From Octopus sinensis (lineage: Eukaryota): a stretch of 64,000 bases of DNA. A program made the position numbers and the translations under genes. Position 1 is the stretch's first letter. Each line of letters starts with the position of its first letter. The notes beneath the pieces were generated by a model, which saw only the letters and a program-made list of their open reading frames with translations, did no database searches and was not told where the DNA came from. Of this stretch, positions 1 to 11,773 are shown in pieces. The DNA is taken from the NCBI RefSeq assembly GCF_006345805.1, contig NC_043017.1:29264001-29328000 (forward strand), given 5' to 3'.

Positions 1-399
1 TCTCACAGACTCGACTATAATATCCAGAACTTGACTATAAATTGCTTGGCCTCGAGTTATTTTTATAAATTTTCTAAAGTGATGATTAATGTTGCCTAGC
101 CGTTGTTTAAATTTCTTGTAAGATACTATTTAATGGTCGTTAAGAAGACTGGCAAAAGTATGTAAATATATTTATATAATAATAATTCTGAACAATAAGA
201 CCAAAGACATAAGAGTCATTTCCAACGCAGGATAATTGGAGTTCGTATTTGGCTGATTGAATTCAGAAAAATTCTACAATTTTTCCTTTAGAAAGTATTT
301 TTGATGTCTTTTAACATATACGTGTCTTTCATACATACATACATGCAAGTATGCGTGTGGGATATATGCAAGTATACGTGTGGGTATATATATATGTGT

Positions 400-880
400 G
401 GAGACAGAGACAGATGGCAGAAACCTCCGACAACATCTTAAGCTGCATTGCCCGCATGAATAGCAAATCTGCCATTTACTGCATGACATCCTCTTGGGTC
501 CTCAGAAATTTCCGGACAGGAAACGTTATACAGCATTACCATTCTCTTCTCTACTCTCGCCCATCCTCACTTTCAAAACTCTTTTCCCTTGTTGTACTTC
601 TACACGAAGCAAAATATAATAATTCTAGAATCCTAAAGATCAACCACGAAAAAAAAACAGATGATGTGATATTGGGTTTAGACCGTAAGCGCTTTAGAGA
701 CAGCGCCTTACATATGCTGTCTCTCCTCTTATCATCCATCATCTACAGCAATGTTTCTAGCGTTACACAACTCTAAGACATAAGTATTGCACCTCAAATA
801 GCTCAGCTCCATTTTGCATCATACCAAAAAGTTCTCATCACACACAAACGGTTGTCGGATGAAAATCTCCAACAGTTTCT
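400..880 (+). mobile_element. Highly decayed LINE remnant, possibly RTE-like reverse transcriptase C-terminal region
   Basis: Translation ...SIIYSNVSSVTQL*DISIAPQIAQLHFASYQKVLITHKRLSDE loosely follows the RTE C-terminal pattern (SN.EVL...I...I...QLRW.GHV.RM.D.RL). The frame is interrupted by stops. Confidence 0.35.
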
Positions 881-889
881 AAGATCATC

Positions 890-1382
890 TTATTTCTATT
901 ATATTTTTATAATCTCATTTCTACTATATTTGAAATAAATGAATAATTTACTTCCTAACGTTAACAACATTACAGATCGGCAACTTTCCGTTCTTACGAC
1001 CACCACAGCAGAATGGTATGTCAGTGTATTATTGACTGACATAACGAACGGGGGAAGGTGAAACTCTTGACCAAAAAACAATGGGGTTGGAGGCCCAAGG
1101 TATATAAAAATACACATTTACCGTTCAATCACCAGTTAATAATTATCACAGTAGTTGCAACATTGCAAGGTATTTACAGTTACGTATATACACTTAAATT
1201 AAATTTTAATACATATGCTTTATATATATTAAGGAATTAGTCGAATTAGCCCAGCATTTACTCCACAAAAGTTTTGTTGTCAATGCTGCAATTTCCCATA
1301 TCACCTATTTCAACATAACTGTAATCTATTATACACAAACTATCTCATTTTAAACCCGAGTAACGCCGGGTATCTCTGCTAG
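890..1382 (+). mobile_element. Non-autonomous Helitron-like element (3' end clear, 5' end uncertain)
   Basis: The 3' hairpin CCCGAGTAACGCCGGG is followed about 10 nt later by CTAG (1379-1382), the same terminus as the element at 14345-14745. TCTA(C/T)TATAT-like 5' motifs occur near 896-920. Confidence 0.55.
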
Positions 1383-1519
1383 ATAGAGGTGACGTGTGAT
1401 CGAATTCCTCTAAGCTTAGATTGAGAGGAAAGGATACAATCTCACAAATTCTAATAGATTACTGTGACCGAAAGAAACAAGAAACGTTTTCTCTAGTCTC
1501 GTATAAGTCAATAAGATTT

Positions 1520-1800
1520 CACATCTGTACATTATTTACATTTGACAGATATTTGTCCACATCTTGTTTGTTGTTAAAACAACGTTTCGACTGATATACT
1601 CCCCCAGCCTTCATCACATATCTTGGGGAAATTTCGAATATGGGTTCTCATTCCTTAGGTAATTTTTGATATTATTATTATTATTAATTATTATTATTAT
1701 TATTATTATTCAGGACATTGTCTGAAATCGAACTCGGAATCTTGGTGTTAGTAGCCTGCGATCTTAACCAACATCAAAAATTACCTTAGGAATGAGATCC
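1520..1800 (-). mobile_element. SINE family D: tRNA-like head + (AAT)n + Penelope-like 3' end, with a short inverted segment
   Basis: Homologous to 6300-6880. The reverse strand has a tRNA-like head, an (AAT)n tract and a ...GTGATGAAGGCTG...CAGTCGAAACGTT... tail. Segment 1771-1800 is an inverted copy of part of the tail. Confidence 0.7.
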
Positions 1801-1889
1801 CCATGACACTGGCGTGCTAACGTTTCTGTCAGCTCACCACCATAATCAGCACAAATATTAATTACATTCTATTTATTGATTTTAATACA

Positions 1890-2190
1890 TATCAATACAT
1901 ATCAATGAATATATTAAGAGATACCAATACATATTAATACATATATTAAGAGATATCAATACATATTAATACATATATTAAGAGATATCAATACATATTA
2001 ATACATATATTAAGAGATATCAATACATATTAATACAGATATTAAGAGATACCAATACATATTAATACAGATATTAAGAGATATCAATACATATTAATAC
2101 AGATATTAAGAGATATCAATACATATTAATACATATATTAAGAGATATCAATACATATTAACACATATAAACACATATATTAAGACATAT
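1890..2190. repeat. 32-bp minisatellite (AGAGATATCAATACATATTAATACATATATTA)n, about 8 copies
   Basis: Unit starts recur at 1921, 1953, 1985 and onward, a 32-bp period. Confidence 0.95.
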
Positions 2191-2956
2191 CAAGGTACTT
2201 CCAAATGCGAGGAGAACATTGCCTGCATTTCACTTGTCGATTTATGCCATACCCAGCATGTCTAAATGCTCTGGTAAGCGTAAAAACAAAAAACAAAAAA
2301 ACTAGAAGGCATAACCGAAGAATTGAAGGAAAATTAATGTAATCTGAGAAATATTTCAATTTCATCATACAAAACCATCAGACAGATTAATGGGGATAGA
2401 CGCCGATTCGAAAAAAACAAAAAACAATAGCAAGGAAAAGAACAAAAGAAACAGAGAAGAGATCACAATTTCAGTAAACAGTTATTCCTATTCTATGCAT
2501 TACCAAGAGCCAGAAAATTAACCCAACCTGATGTACTGCACAGATACCTGTCAATGTTATTACACTACCATAGCCATTATAGACGGTAGAAATATAATTT
2601 GGCTTTCTATCCTTGAAATTCCAAACATAAATTCTGATTCTACGAGGTAAACTTGATTGGGGATGATATGCAAAATAGTTAGACCGACAGGTAAGCGTTC
2701 TGATTTTAATCCTCCTTATTTACGTTCTAAATTTTAATTCTTACTGTAGTAAATTTTGCATTTACTCCTTCCAGGACTGATAAAATTAAAAAAACACTTA
2801 TTTTAACATTAAATTCAATATAACCCAAAACCTCTTGATTTTCTCAAAGATTAAATCAGAAACAAATATGAATGGATTCTGAAAGCGTCGGACAAAATGT
2901 ATTTTAGAAAATTACTATTTGTAAATCTCACAACGAGAGATATTCAGCAACAGTAC

Positions 2957-3186
2957 TTTGGAGTAAAGATTATTTGCCAACATAGCATGGCAGTCCTGGT
3001 TTAGGACGAACTTTGCTGTACTTTAGCCGTACTTAAGTACTTTGCTGTAATTTAGTTCGAAAATATAAGGAGACAGGTCGTGTCATTTAGCCAGCTGAAG
3101 ACGATGTCACCTGAGGCTAAATTACAGCAACATTCGTCCTAAACCAGGACTGTCATATTATGTTGGCAAATAATATTTACTCCAAA
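2957..3186. mobile_element. Foldback / MITE-like inverted repeat, arms about 70 bp
   Basis: TTTGGAGTAAAGATTATTTGCCAACATAGCATGGCAGTCCTGGTTTAGGACGAA... pairs with ...TTCGTCCTAAACCAGGACTGTCATATTATGTTGGCAAATAATATTTACTCCAAA. Confidence 0.8.
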
Positions 3187-3223
3187 TTATATTTTGGTTT
3201 ATATTTTTTTGTTTCAAATTCAG

Positions 3224-3241
3224 ATGTCAAACCGTAACGAG
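3224..3241 (+). other. Candidate 18-nt microexon
   Basis: Acceptor TTTTTTTGTTTCAAATTCAG, exon ATGTCAAACCGTAACGAG, donor GTAAAT. It reads MSNRNE (phase 0) or xCQTVTx (phase 2). No transcript evidence. Confidence 0.3.
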
Positions 3242-3879
3242 GTAAATTTAAAGGTGGTAAATTGTTTGAAACGTTAGAAGTTTAGAGAAATTGTCTTGTA
3301 GTATTTAGTTACGGCATTTCACCTGATGGATTCAAATAGTACCGTCGTAGAATTTACCTTTCATCTATCCATTCTTAATAGGACATAATACTAGTCAAGT
3401 ACCGCAGCCAGTGTAATTGATGGTTACCCTCCTATTAAATTTCTGTCCGTGTGTCCGAATATATAAATAAACACAAAGTAAATAAATTTGTTTCATGATA
3501 TCGAAGTTAATCGCTTTCCGAATCAAACTTTAAATAAACCAGAAGATTCTCTCCAGATTGAATAAAAAAAAAATAATGTAAATTAACGAAACACTAGTTT
3601 CCTTCCTACATAGGTCTCCATAGTTACAAAAGCGAATAAGACCGCTTGTGTTACTGAGACAGACGTATGTAGACCTAACAAATACCATCCTACACACCGT
3701 TGGAACCTCCCATTAATAATGCTTTACTGATGGCAATGTCGACCTAAATAACAGAAATCTAAGGTCACGAGTGTATTTTATAGGGACATTATCAGTCAAT
3801 AATAAACATCACAGACGGTTAACCGACGCTAATGTTTATTTTTGATGTTTATTTTTGGTTGTTGCAAGACCGCGGACTG

Positions 3880-4060
3880 ACAGAATTGTCATCACACCGT
3901 GCAAAGTGCTTAGCCTCATTCCGTCCGTCTTTAAGTTCTTAGTAAAAATTCTACTGAGGTTGACTTTGGTTTCCATCACTTTTGGGGTTGATAAAATAAG
4001 TACCAGTTGAGCACTGGGTTTGATGGTATAGATTACTCCTCCCCGAAATTGTTGAAACCA
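3880..4060 (+). mobile_element. Degenerate Meta-domain-like SINE (family C relative)
   Basis: GAGGTTGACTTTGGTTTCCATCACTTTTGGGGTTGATAAAATAAGTACCAG resembles the family C core. Confidence 0.65.
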
Positions 4061-4229
4061 TTATATTGCCTGTTGTGACAATTTGGTTATGGGGTACTAA
4101 GTGGACACAATCACTTTTGTTTTAAGAAAACAGAGAGTGAACACTTATCATCTGTGCAAAGCAGGAGAGAAAATTATGCTTGGAAAAGCTTTATGAGAGC
4201 ACCATTTTGTCCCTTTTCATTTTCCCCAC

Positions 4230-5280
4230 AGAAATGCACAACGTTCAGCAATAAATATCATCGAAATATACGCACCTAGAAATACACACATACACACACA
4301 AGTCTGTGTGTGAAATATTATAAATAGGAAGAAGACACCACCCCCATTAAGATGGCACAAGAAAAGATCTGAAGAAACACGTGAAAGAATACAAATGTAC
4401 TTTACCAGGACAACTATGAGAAAAATTGATTCAACTAAAGTTGTAACAATTAATCCTACAACGAAGTGAAAAAATGACTGAGGAGCTTAATAACAAGACA
4501 CATGGTTCAGATAATATCCTTTCATCCTTTGGCTTTTCTCAAACTTACGTTGGAATTCTGACTCAGTATCAATAAAGTAAACTGCCAGTTATTTTCTCAA
4601 ACACTTCAGTTATTCTATTTTCAAGGAAACTAGATCTTCACCAACTTCATATGAATTTCTACAGACCAATGTCATGTTTAGCCTCAAATAACATTATTAT
4701 TCTCCTTAACGCAATTTATTTTCCCATTAATTTCATTATACAAGGGAACGAAAATAGTTTCCTATGATAAGACGTATAATGCTTAATACCTTTGCCTTTG
4801 GAAGTATGCCTTTAATACCTTTGCCTTTGTCACGGAAGAGCTCAGATTCTGAGAGCAAATGCATCAATTGTATGTGTGGATTACTCAAAGACGTTTGATA
4901 GTGTCAACACAAAGATCATGTTGCATATATTGTTCGTCTAGTGTATTCGGATGACAAAGATGTTACCATCATAAATAAATAATAATAAATGTGCAAATTA
5001 CAGACGGACTATTTAAAAGTTTCAGACACCAACAAGAATCAATATTGGATAAATCTTGGCTACTTTGGGATGCTAAGGAATAAATTCTTAGGCAATGGTT
5101 TTCACCCCCTCGAAAAATCTTCATGAGCAAATAGAAATACACAAAACGTGAACAGAACTAGTATCACCGTTACTCTTATTGCTCATCAAATATGTCATGC
5201 ACAACAGTCATAGAATCATTTGAGATCTGTTGCGCAATGAAAATAAGATTGAGAGAAAGGCCATCAATGATGATGAAAAT
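4230..5280 (+). mobile_element. Decayed RTE-like LINE (endonuclease and RT fragments)
   Basis: Fragments INIIEIYAP (APE-type endonuclease motif) near 4250 and IVCVDYSKTFDSV (RT motif FVDYSKAFDSV) near 4865-4905, with many stops. Confidence 0.6.
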
Positions 5281-5394
5281 AAACTGCTAGTGAGATCGAA
5301 CGAAAAGCAAGGATATCGGTGTATTCCGGTAGTTTGGTCCCCATATTTTTAGAAGTAAGAATGTTATTCTAAAATGCAAAGAAATGTCTGGTTT

Positions 5395-5580
5395 ACTCTT
5401 ACTTTTACTAGTTTCAGTCATTTGACTGCGGCCATGCTGGAGCACCGCCTTTAATCGAGCAAATCGATCCCGAAACTTATTCTTTGTAAGCCCAGTTCTT
5501 ATTCTATCGGTCTCTTTTGCCGAACCGGGAACCATGTGGGTAGTTAGCAAGCTACTTACCACACAGCCACTCCTGCGCCT
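5395..5580 (-). mobile_element. SINE family B (CORE-like), internally deleted copy
   Basis: The family B 3' tail is joined directly to the tRNA head at ...GCCGAACCGGGAACCATG... (about 5521-5530). Confidence 0.85.
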
Positions 5581-5778
5581 ATCGGTTTATCTGTAACAAT
5601 TATTAAAATGTGTAGTAATCAAGTATATGGAATTAAATAATGCTAATATTTGTTCAAGATATATGTACAAAGCATTGTTTTTACATGAGCCCGACACGTG
5701 ATGTGAGAAGTAGATTCAGAACTCTCGTGTCATGAACATGAAGACAAAGAGAATGTTTTATGATTAAACTACTATACT

Positions 5779-6146
5779 GTGGAAGCACTCCGTCGGTTAC
5801 GACGATGAGGGTTCCGGTTGATCTGATCGTGAAATTAACGTGTAAGTGGCCGAGCACTCCACAGACACGTGTACTCTTAACGTAGTTCTCGGAGATATTC
5901 AGCGTGACACAGAGAGTGACAAGGCCGGCCCTTTGAAATACAGGTACAACAGAAACATGAAGTAAGAGTGAGAGAAAGTTGTGGTGTAAGAGTACAGCAG
6001 GGATCACCACCATCCCCTGCCAGAGCCTCGTGGAGCTTTAGGTGTTTTCGCTCAATAAACACTCACAACGCCCGGTTTGGGAATCGAAACCGCGATCCTA
6101 CGACCGCGAGTCCGCTGCCCTAACCACTGGGCCATTGCGCCTCCAC
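5779..6146 (-). mobile_element. SINE family A (tRNA-derived, about 390 bp)
   Basis: The head GTGGAGGCGCAATGGCCCAGTGG...GGTTTCGATTCCC has A/B boxes on the minus strand. TSD ACTACTATACT at 5768-5778 and 6149-6159. Confidence 0.95.
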
Positions 6147-6299
6147 ATACTACTATACTATTGCTCAACGAAATGAAGACATTGCTGGACACTGAAACAG
6201 TTCTGCAAACGAAGTCATATCTGTTATTTTCCAGTTATCTGCGCTCATTAAAGGCAGACGAAAACCCCCCAAGTACTGGTAATTTTGTTTGGGAGACAA

Positions 6300-6880
6300 T
6301 GACTCGTACATTTTCTATATTCGACGGATATTTGTCCTCGACTTGTTTGTTGTTAACACAACGTTTCGGCTGATTTACCCTCCAACCTTCTTGAGGTGTC
6401 TTGGGGAAATTTCGAAAATGGGTTATCATTCCTAAGCTATTTTTCGATGTTATTATTATTATTATTATTATCATTATTATTATTATCTTTATTATTATCA
6501 TTATCAATATTATTATTATGATTATTATTATCATTATTATTATTATCATTATTATTATTATCAATATTATTATTATCATTATTATTATTATTATCATTAT
6601 TATTATCATCATTATCATTATTATTATCATCATTATCATTATTATCATCATTATTATCATCATTATCATTATTATCATCATTATTATCATCATTATTATT
6701 ATTATTATCATTATTATCATTATTATCATTATTATCATTATTATTATTATTATTATTATTGTTCAGGTCACTGCTTGAAATCGAACTCGGAATCTTGTGG
6801 TTACGAGAGCGGGCTACTAACCCCAAGATTTCGAGTTCGATTCCAAGCAGTGACCTGAACAACAACAACAACAACAATTT
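6300..6880 (-). mobile_element. SINE family D with about 310 bp (AAT/GAT)n expansion and head-to-head inverted second head
   Basis: Penelope-like tail at 6300-6450, (ATT/ATC)n at 6450-6760, then an inverted pair of tRNA-like heads at 6760-6865. This explains the poly-I/poly-N ORFs. Confidence 0.75.
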
Positions 6881-7548
6881 GTTCTATCCTTTGATGATTT
6901 CTGTCCCTTCTATGACATAGGATACACTCCCTCACATCTTGGCTTATATCGTTTCTTTTCTGTCTCACCCTCGCGCGATTTTAACTCCTTATTTCCTCCC
7001 GCTGTTCTTCGCACAACCGTTCTCCTCCTACGCTGGCGCTCTCGTGCTGCGCCTCTCATGCGATTACCCATACTTTAAAACTTGTTATCAAAACAATAAA
7101 TCTCTAAAATGATTCTGAGTGTTTCAATTAAAAAAAAAACATATACGAATGTATTAGACGGTGTTTGTTTAAAAGGTAAAAATATTTCTGAAAACTCACT
7201 TAATATGCAAGGACACAGTATATAGGATACGGTAATTAATTATATCGTAGGAAAGAAAAAGGTAAAGGGAAAATGTAGAACTGATAATTTTGGTTTTGTT
7301 CGGCTCTACGAATTTAATATTTATTAAATGCTTTCGTCAAGAGCTTAATACAAGAAAAAAGAAATTGGAAAAATTCTGACCAAAACAGAGAAATTCTAAC
7401 TTAACAAAAAATAGAGAAAGAGAAAGTTGCGTTTATTTCCACCAAGCAACACTTATTATCGCGCACACACACACACACACACACATTCAAATATATTTTT
7501 GGGTGTGTTAGCGTGTTTTTAAGTTTGTTTTCTTTTGTTACTTATATT

Positions 7549-7709
7549 CAGGAGTGGGTGTGTGGTAAATAGCTTGCTTACCAACCACATGGTTTCGGGT
7601 TCAGTCCCACTGCGTGGCACCTTCGGCAAGTGTCTTCTACTATAGCTACGGGCAAACTAAAGCCTTGCGAGTGGATTTGGTAGACGGAAACTGAAAGAAG
7701 CCCGTCGTA

Positions 7710-7768
<59 letters not shown>

Positions 7769-7890
7769 ATGTTGTGTATCGGTGTTTGTCTCGCTTGACA
7801 ACCGATGCTAGTGTGTTTAGGTCCCCGTAACTTAGCGGTTCGGCAAAAGAGACCGATAGAATAAGTACTAGGTTTACAAAGAATAAGTCC
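7549..7890 (+). mobile_element. SINE family B (CORE-like, internal (TA)n(TG)n), 3'-truncated
   Basis: Head GGAGTGG..TGTGTGGTAA...GGGTTCAGTCCC, CORE-like CACCTTCGGCAAGTGTCTT and an internal microsatellite. Confidence 0.9.
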
Positions 7891-7934
7891 TTTAGTACTT
7901 CTCAGTTCAATTTGACAGAAAAATAGATGCAAAT

Positions 7935-8502
7935 AGGCCAGACATTATATTGAAGGATTACAGACAAAGATCATACCGCCTGATCGATATGACTGTCCCA
8001 ATCGATACAAATGAATCTGCCAAGACCTATCAAAGACAGAGCAAATATAAAGACCTTGAAATAGAAATTGGCAAAATGTGGAACCTCAAGACTGAAACGG
8101 TATTTGTTGTCAAAAGTGCCTTAGGAATGATAAGAAAAGGGGCTGATTCTACCTTGCTCAGATACCAGAAATTCCAGAAATGAAAGAAATTCGAAAGATA
8201 ATGCTCATGGGAAGTGCCCATATCATATATAAAATATAAAGTAGTCACCAAAAATTTTAATATGTAAACAGTATAACAATACTTTTAAATGTACATAACA
8301 GTAAACACATTTTACTGTTATCTTAACATCAGACTATCATCTTATAATTCAATTACCTTTAAATCATCTAATATTCTTGATTTGACAGACATTTTCATGT
8401 GAAAAACCAAAAATATGGCACCATAGTCATTACACCAACTTAAACTTCTCATTTGTCTCTCGAGAGACAACGTGTACAAATACAAAGTAATAGTTACAAA
8501 AC

Positions 8503-8530
<28 letters not shown>
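7935..8530 (+). mobile_element. R4/Dong-type non-LTR retrotransposon, 3' fragment (RLE domain, 3' UTR, (TAA)n tail)
   Basis: LIDMTVPIDTNESAKTYQRQSKYKDLEIEIGKMWNLKTETVFVVKSALGMI matches the restriction-like endonuclease C-terminus (ID...P.D....K..EK..KY.DL..E..RMW...T...V..ALG). Ends in a (TAA)n tail. Confidence 0.85.
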
Positions 8531-8536
<6 letters not shown>

Positions 8537-8559
8537 CAGGCTCTCATGGCTTCTCATTT

Positions 8560-9385
8560 TACCTGATTGGAAGTATTATCATGTATATAGTGTTGTCTTG
8601 GTATAAATGATCGGATATAGCAAATATTCTGCTCAATACCACAGATTTGTTTGTCGGTTATTTGACAAGTTATCGGCAACATTACCGACAACGACAAATG
8701 CAGAATGTGTGGTGAGAGGGGTGAAGCGGTATGACACATCGTTAGCGAATGCTCGAGATTCGCTAATTTCGCACGACGCGAATACAAAAGACGACATGAA
8801 AATGCGGCAAGAACGATCCGTTGGGAGCTCTGTGGAAATCACGTCCTACACAGAGAAAAGATGTGGTAGAACAAACCCTAGAAGGGGGCCACCGAGAATG
8901 AAGATTCTTTTGAGATGCAATGATTCAGTGCGATCACCTGGCCAGGTATACAAAACCGAACTTTGTTATAGTGAATGAAAAAGAACTTGCATGATAATCG
9001 ACATGGCCTGTCCTTGTGACAAGAGGATTAAAGAGAAAAAAGGAGAAAAAGTGAACAACAACGACAGACGATTTAAATTGTGATATACGAAGTATGTGGT
9101 CAATGAAGAAAGTTGATGGGGTATCAATAGTAACAGGTGTACTTGGAGGTATCAGGACTCAACTACCAACAAGGATAAAAAATGATTGGTACAAATGTAA
9201 AGATAGAACATCGACAAGAATCAGCATTGCTTGGAACTGCAAGATTTATTCGCAGGGTTCTTGAAATATGACAAGTAAACGAGTATCACTTTAATTCGCT
9301 GGCTGTGGACATGTGGCACTTTCCATCATAACCAACAAAAGACGCTGAGAGTTCTTATCAAATAATAATAATAATGATAATAATA
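8560..9385 (+). mobile_element. R4/Dong-type retrotransposon, 3' fragment (CCHC knuckle + RLE), decayed
   Basis: DKCRMCGERGEAV*HIVSEC...EYKRRHE (CCHC), then IIDMACPCDKR and ESALLGTARFIRRVLE, followed by a 3' UTR and (TAA)n. Confidence 0.88.
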
Positions 9386-9389
9386 TATC

Positions 9390-9900
9390 ATGAAATCGAT
9401 CCATTAATGCCGGAGCCTTGGCATATTCCTCGGCACCGCCACACCGTTTGCTCTAAGAGGAGGGTGATTTCCTTTGCTATTTAAGACACTCTGCGGGAGT
9501 GGGGAAAAACAAGGCCTATCTCAAGGTGGATGAACTCTGAGGAGTCAACAGCCGTCCAAATAGCATTTCTTTATTAGTTTATTAGTACGGCAGATGAAGC
9601 CATTATCTTCAACAGCAGAAATAATAATAATGAATATCTTGTGAACAAAACACGATAGAGAACGTCTTCAAAGGGTTAAATCTACCACAGAGGGAGAGTG
9701 TCTCATTAACCTTGACCAGAAACCCTTTAGAGATGATGTCTCGATAAAACCCCAGGTGATTGTGACATGTCATCAACACAGTCCTCCTTCTGAGTATACA
9801 AGTGTCACCTTAGTCTACTGGCTGTGGACAGCTGACACTTTCCATCATACCCAGCAAAAGATGCTGAGAGTTTTCCTCAAATAATAATTTTAACGATAAT
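9390..9900 (+). mobile_element. Short non-autonomous derivative sharing the Dong-like 3' UTR
   Basis: 9818-9887 duplicates the 3' UTR at 9299-9370 (CTGGCTGTGGAC...CACTTTCCATCATA.C.A.CAAAAGA.GCTGAGAGTT...CAAATAATAAT). No coding remnant is recognisable upstream. Confidence 0.6.
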
Positions 9901-11773
9901 AATTGTAAATTATGAAATCGAACCGTCAAATAAAAATCATCACAAATGCGAGCATGAGACCCGAACCCCGAATGAAAGTTTCTCAGACTATAAATGTTCC
10001 TCTACATAGCAGAATGTACATAGTCGTCAAAGATTAGGAGAAAATAGACTCACAGCGACAATAGGATTGTAATGGAAAGCTGTTTCGGGACCGAGCCTAC
10101 CAAGATTTGATACGGGTAAATAATGGATAAAATTTGGACAGATAAAGACACGCTCACTAACAAGAAGCAAATACTTTTAGATCAGAAAAATCTAATCGTA
10201 GAAAGGCAATGTTTAACCCAGTTGGAACTAAAGGAAATCTCTGCAAAAATGAAAGGGTTTGAACGCAACTACGCCCAATACGAACAATATGCAAAACAAA
10301 TAGAGGGATTAGTAAAGGGACAAATAAATCCTCACGAAAGGAACAACTTCTCGGATGAAGGTAAATTTTACTTTATAGAGGTAAGGACCGTTACAGAGGA
10401 AGACATAGATTAATAGGACGCCTGAATGAGGCAAGGATTGGCGAAATAAAGAGACTTCCAGCTCTGAGAGGAATCGAGTGAGGAAAATATAAATTAGTGA
10501 AAAAGATGGCCGAAGTGTTAACAAAGATATACATCGAAAACATAACAAATCTAAATGATCTTATATATTGTGCAGCCTCTATCTCTGTGGAAACACTTTG
10601 GGTTAACAGCCAAAGGTAAACAAAGGTCTGAAAACCAAATTGAACTGTTCAAGTTAGATTTAGGATGGATATATGAAATCACAAAAAAAGGATGCTGAGG
10701 AAGGACACAGGAATGAACAGTAAAGGAGGTGAAGCGTAAGATAGAAAAGGATTTCAAAGTTACGTGGCCCATAATGCAGAGGCATATTCCAGGGAAATTG
10801 CTCTATTCGTTACTATAATGAGAAAATTGAGGCCTGCCTATAAGTCTACCAAAACTAACATGAGACTAAATCAATTAATCAATTAATTTATACAGCAGAC
10901 CTGAAGTTATATACATAAGAATGAGACAGAACTGGATTCTCAGATCGAAGCAGTGAGAGTATTCAGTAAAGATTCTGGAATACAGTCTGGGGTAGATAAG
11001 GACAAAGTACTGATTATGAAGAGAGGCCGGAAGATAAATTTTGATGGCATAAAATTAACACTAGGTAACATAATTAGATCACTGTGGAGTAGTGATGGAT
11101 AGGAATAGCTCGGAGTGCTACAAGATGAAGGAAGGAGAAATGAGAGAGAAAGTCTCTAAGAATACAAGAGGAGAATTAGGATGGTGCTCGAATGAAAATT
11201 AAATAGTTGGAACATTTTTAAAGCCATAAAATGCTTGAGCTATGCCAGTATTCTTATATGCTGCTCCCTTTGTGAAAGGAACAAAGATCAAGCTGGAGAA
11301 CTTGGATAGAACTTGAAAGCCGCTCACGATGCATCATGGACTCCATTTTGAAGGCAATACCGACAAACAAAAGACACTTTTGGTACTGCGTTACTGGGTA
11401 TGAGAAATCATTTTGTGCAGGGTGATAAAAGAATACTTTCTGCAGCCAGGGATATCTAAAAGGTGACTGAAACAGTAGGAGAATTCAAAGAGAGAAGGAA
11501 GAAGAACAGGGTAAACAAATTGAGAGAAATGGAATTGCATGACCAGTTCATGCAACAAGCCGAAAATGTCGGAAGTAAAGATCGGCTTTGGTTGATGGAT
11601 GGGAACTTGAAACGATAAACAGAAACACTAATTATAACCACTCAGGAACAAGCCCTTGAAATAAATCTGAAAAGCTCAGTCAGAGAGAAAATCTAGGAAC
11701 TGCAGAAAGGAGCCTAGAGCATCAATCACATTTGCAATATATTAGCGCAAAAGGGGTTTAAGCACAGGCATGA

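Noticed and set aside
6235-6877. 125-167-aa poly-Ile, Ile/Met and Asn/Asp ORFs
   Set aside because: They are translations of the (ATT/ATC)n tract inside a family D SINE.
9395-9480. Possible HDV-like ribozyme at the 5' end of the Dong-related element (TTCCTCG motif, CTAA)
   Set aside because: I could not form P3 or P1 pairings around the putative L3 by hand.
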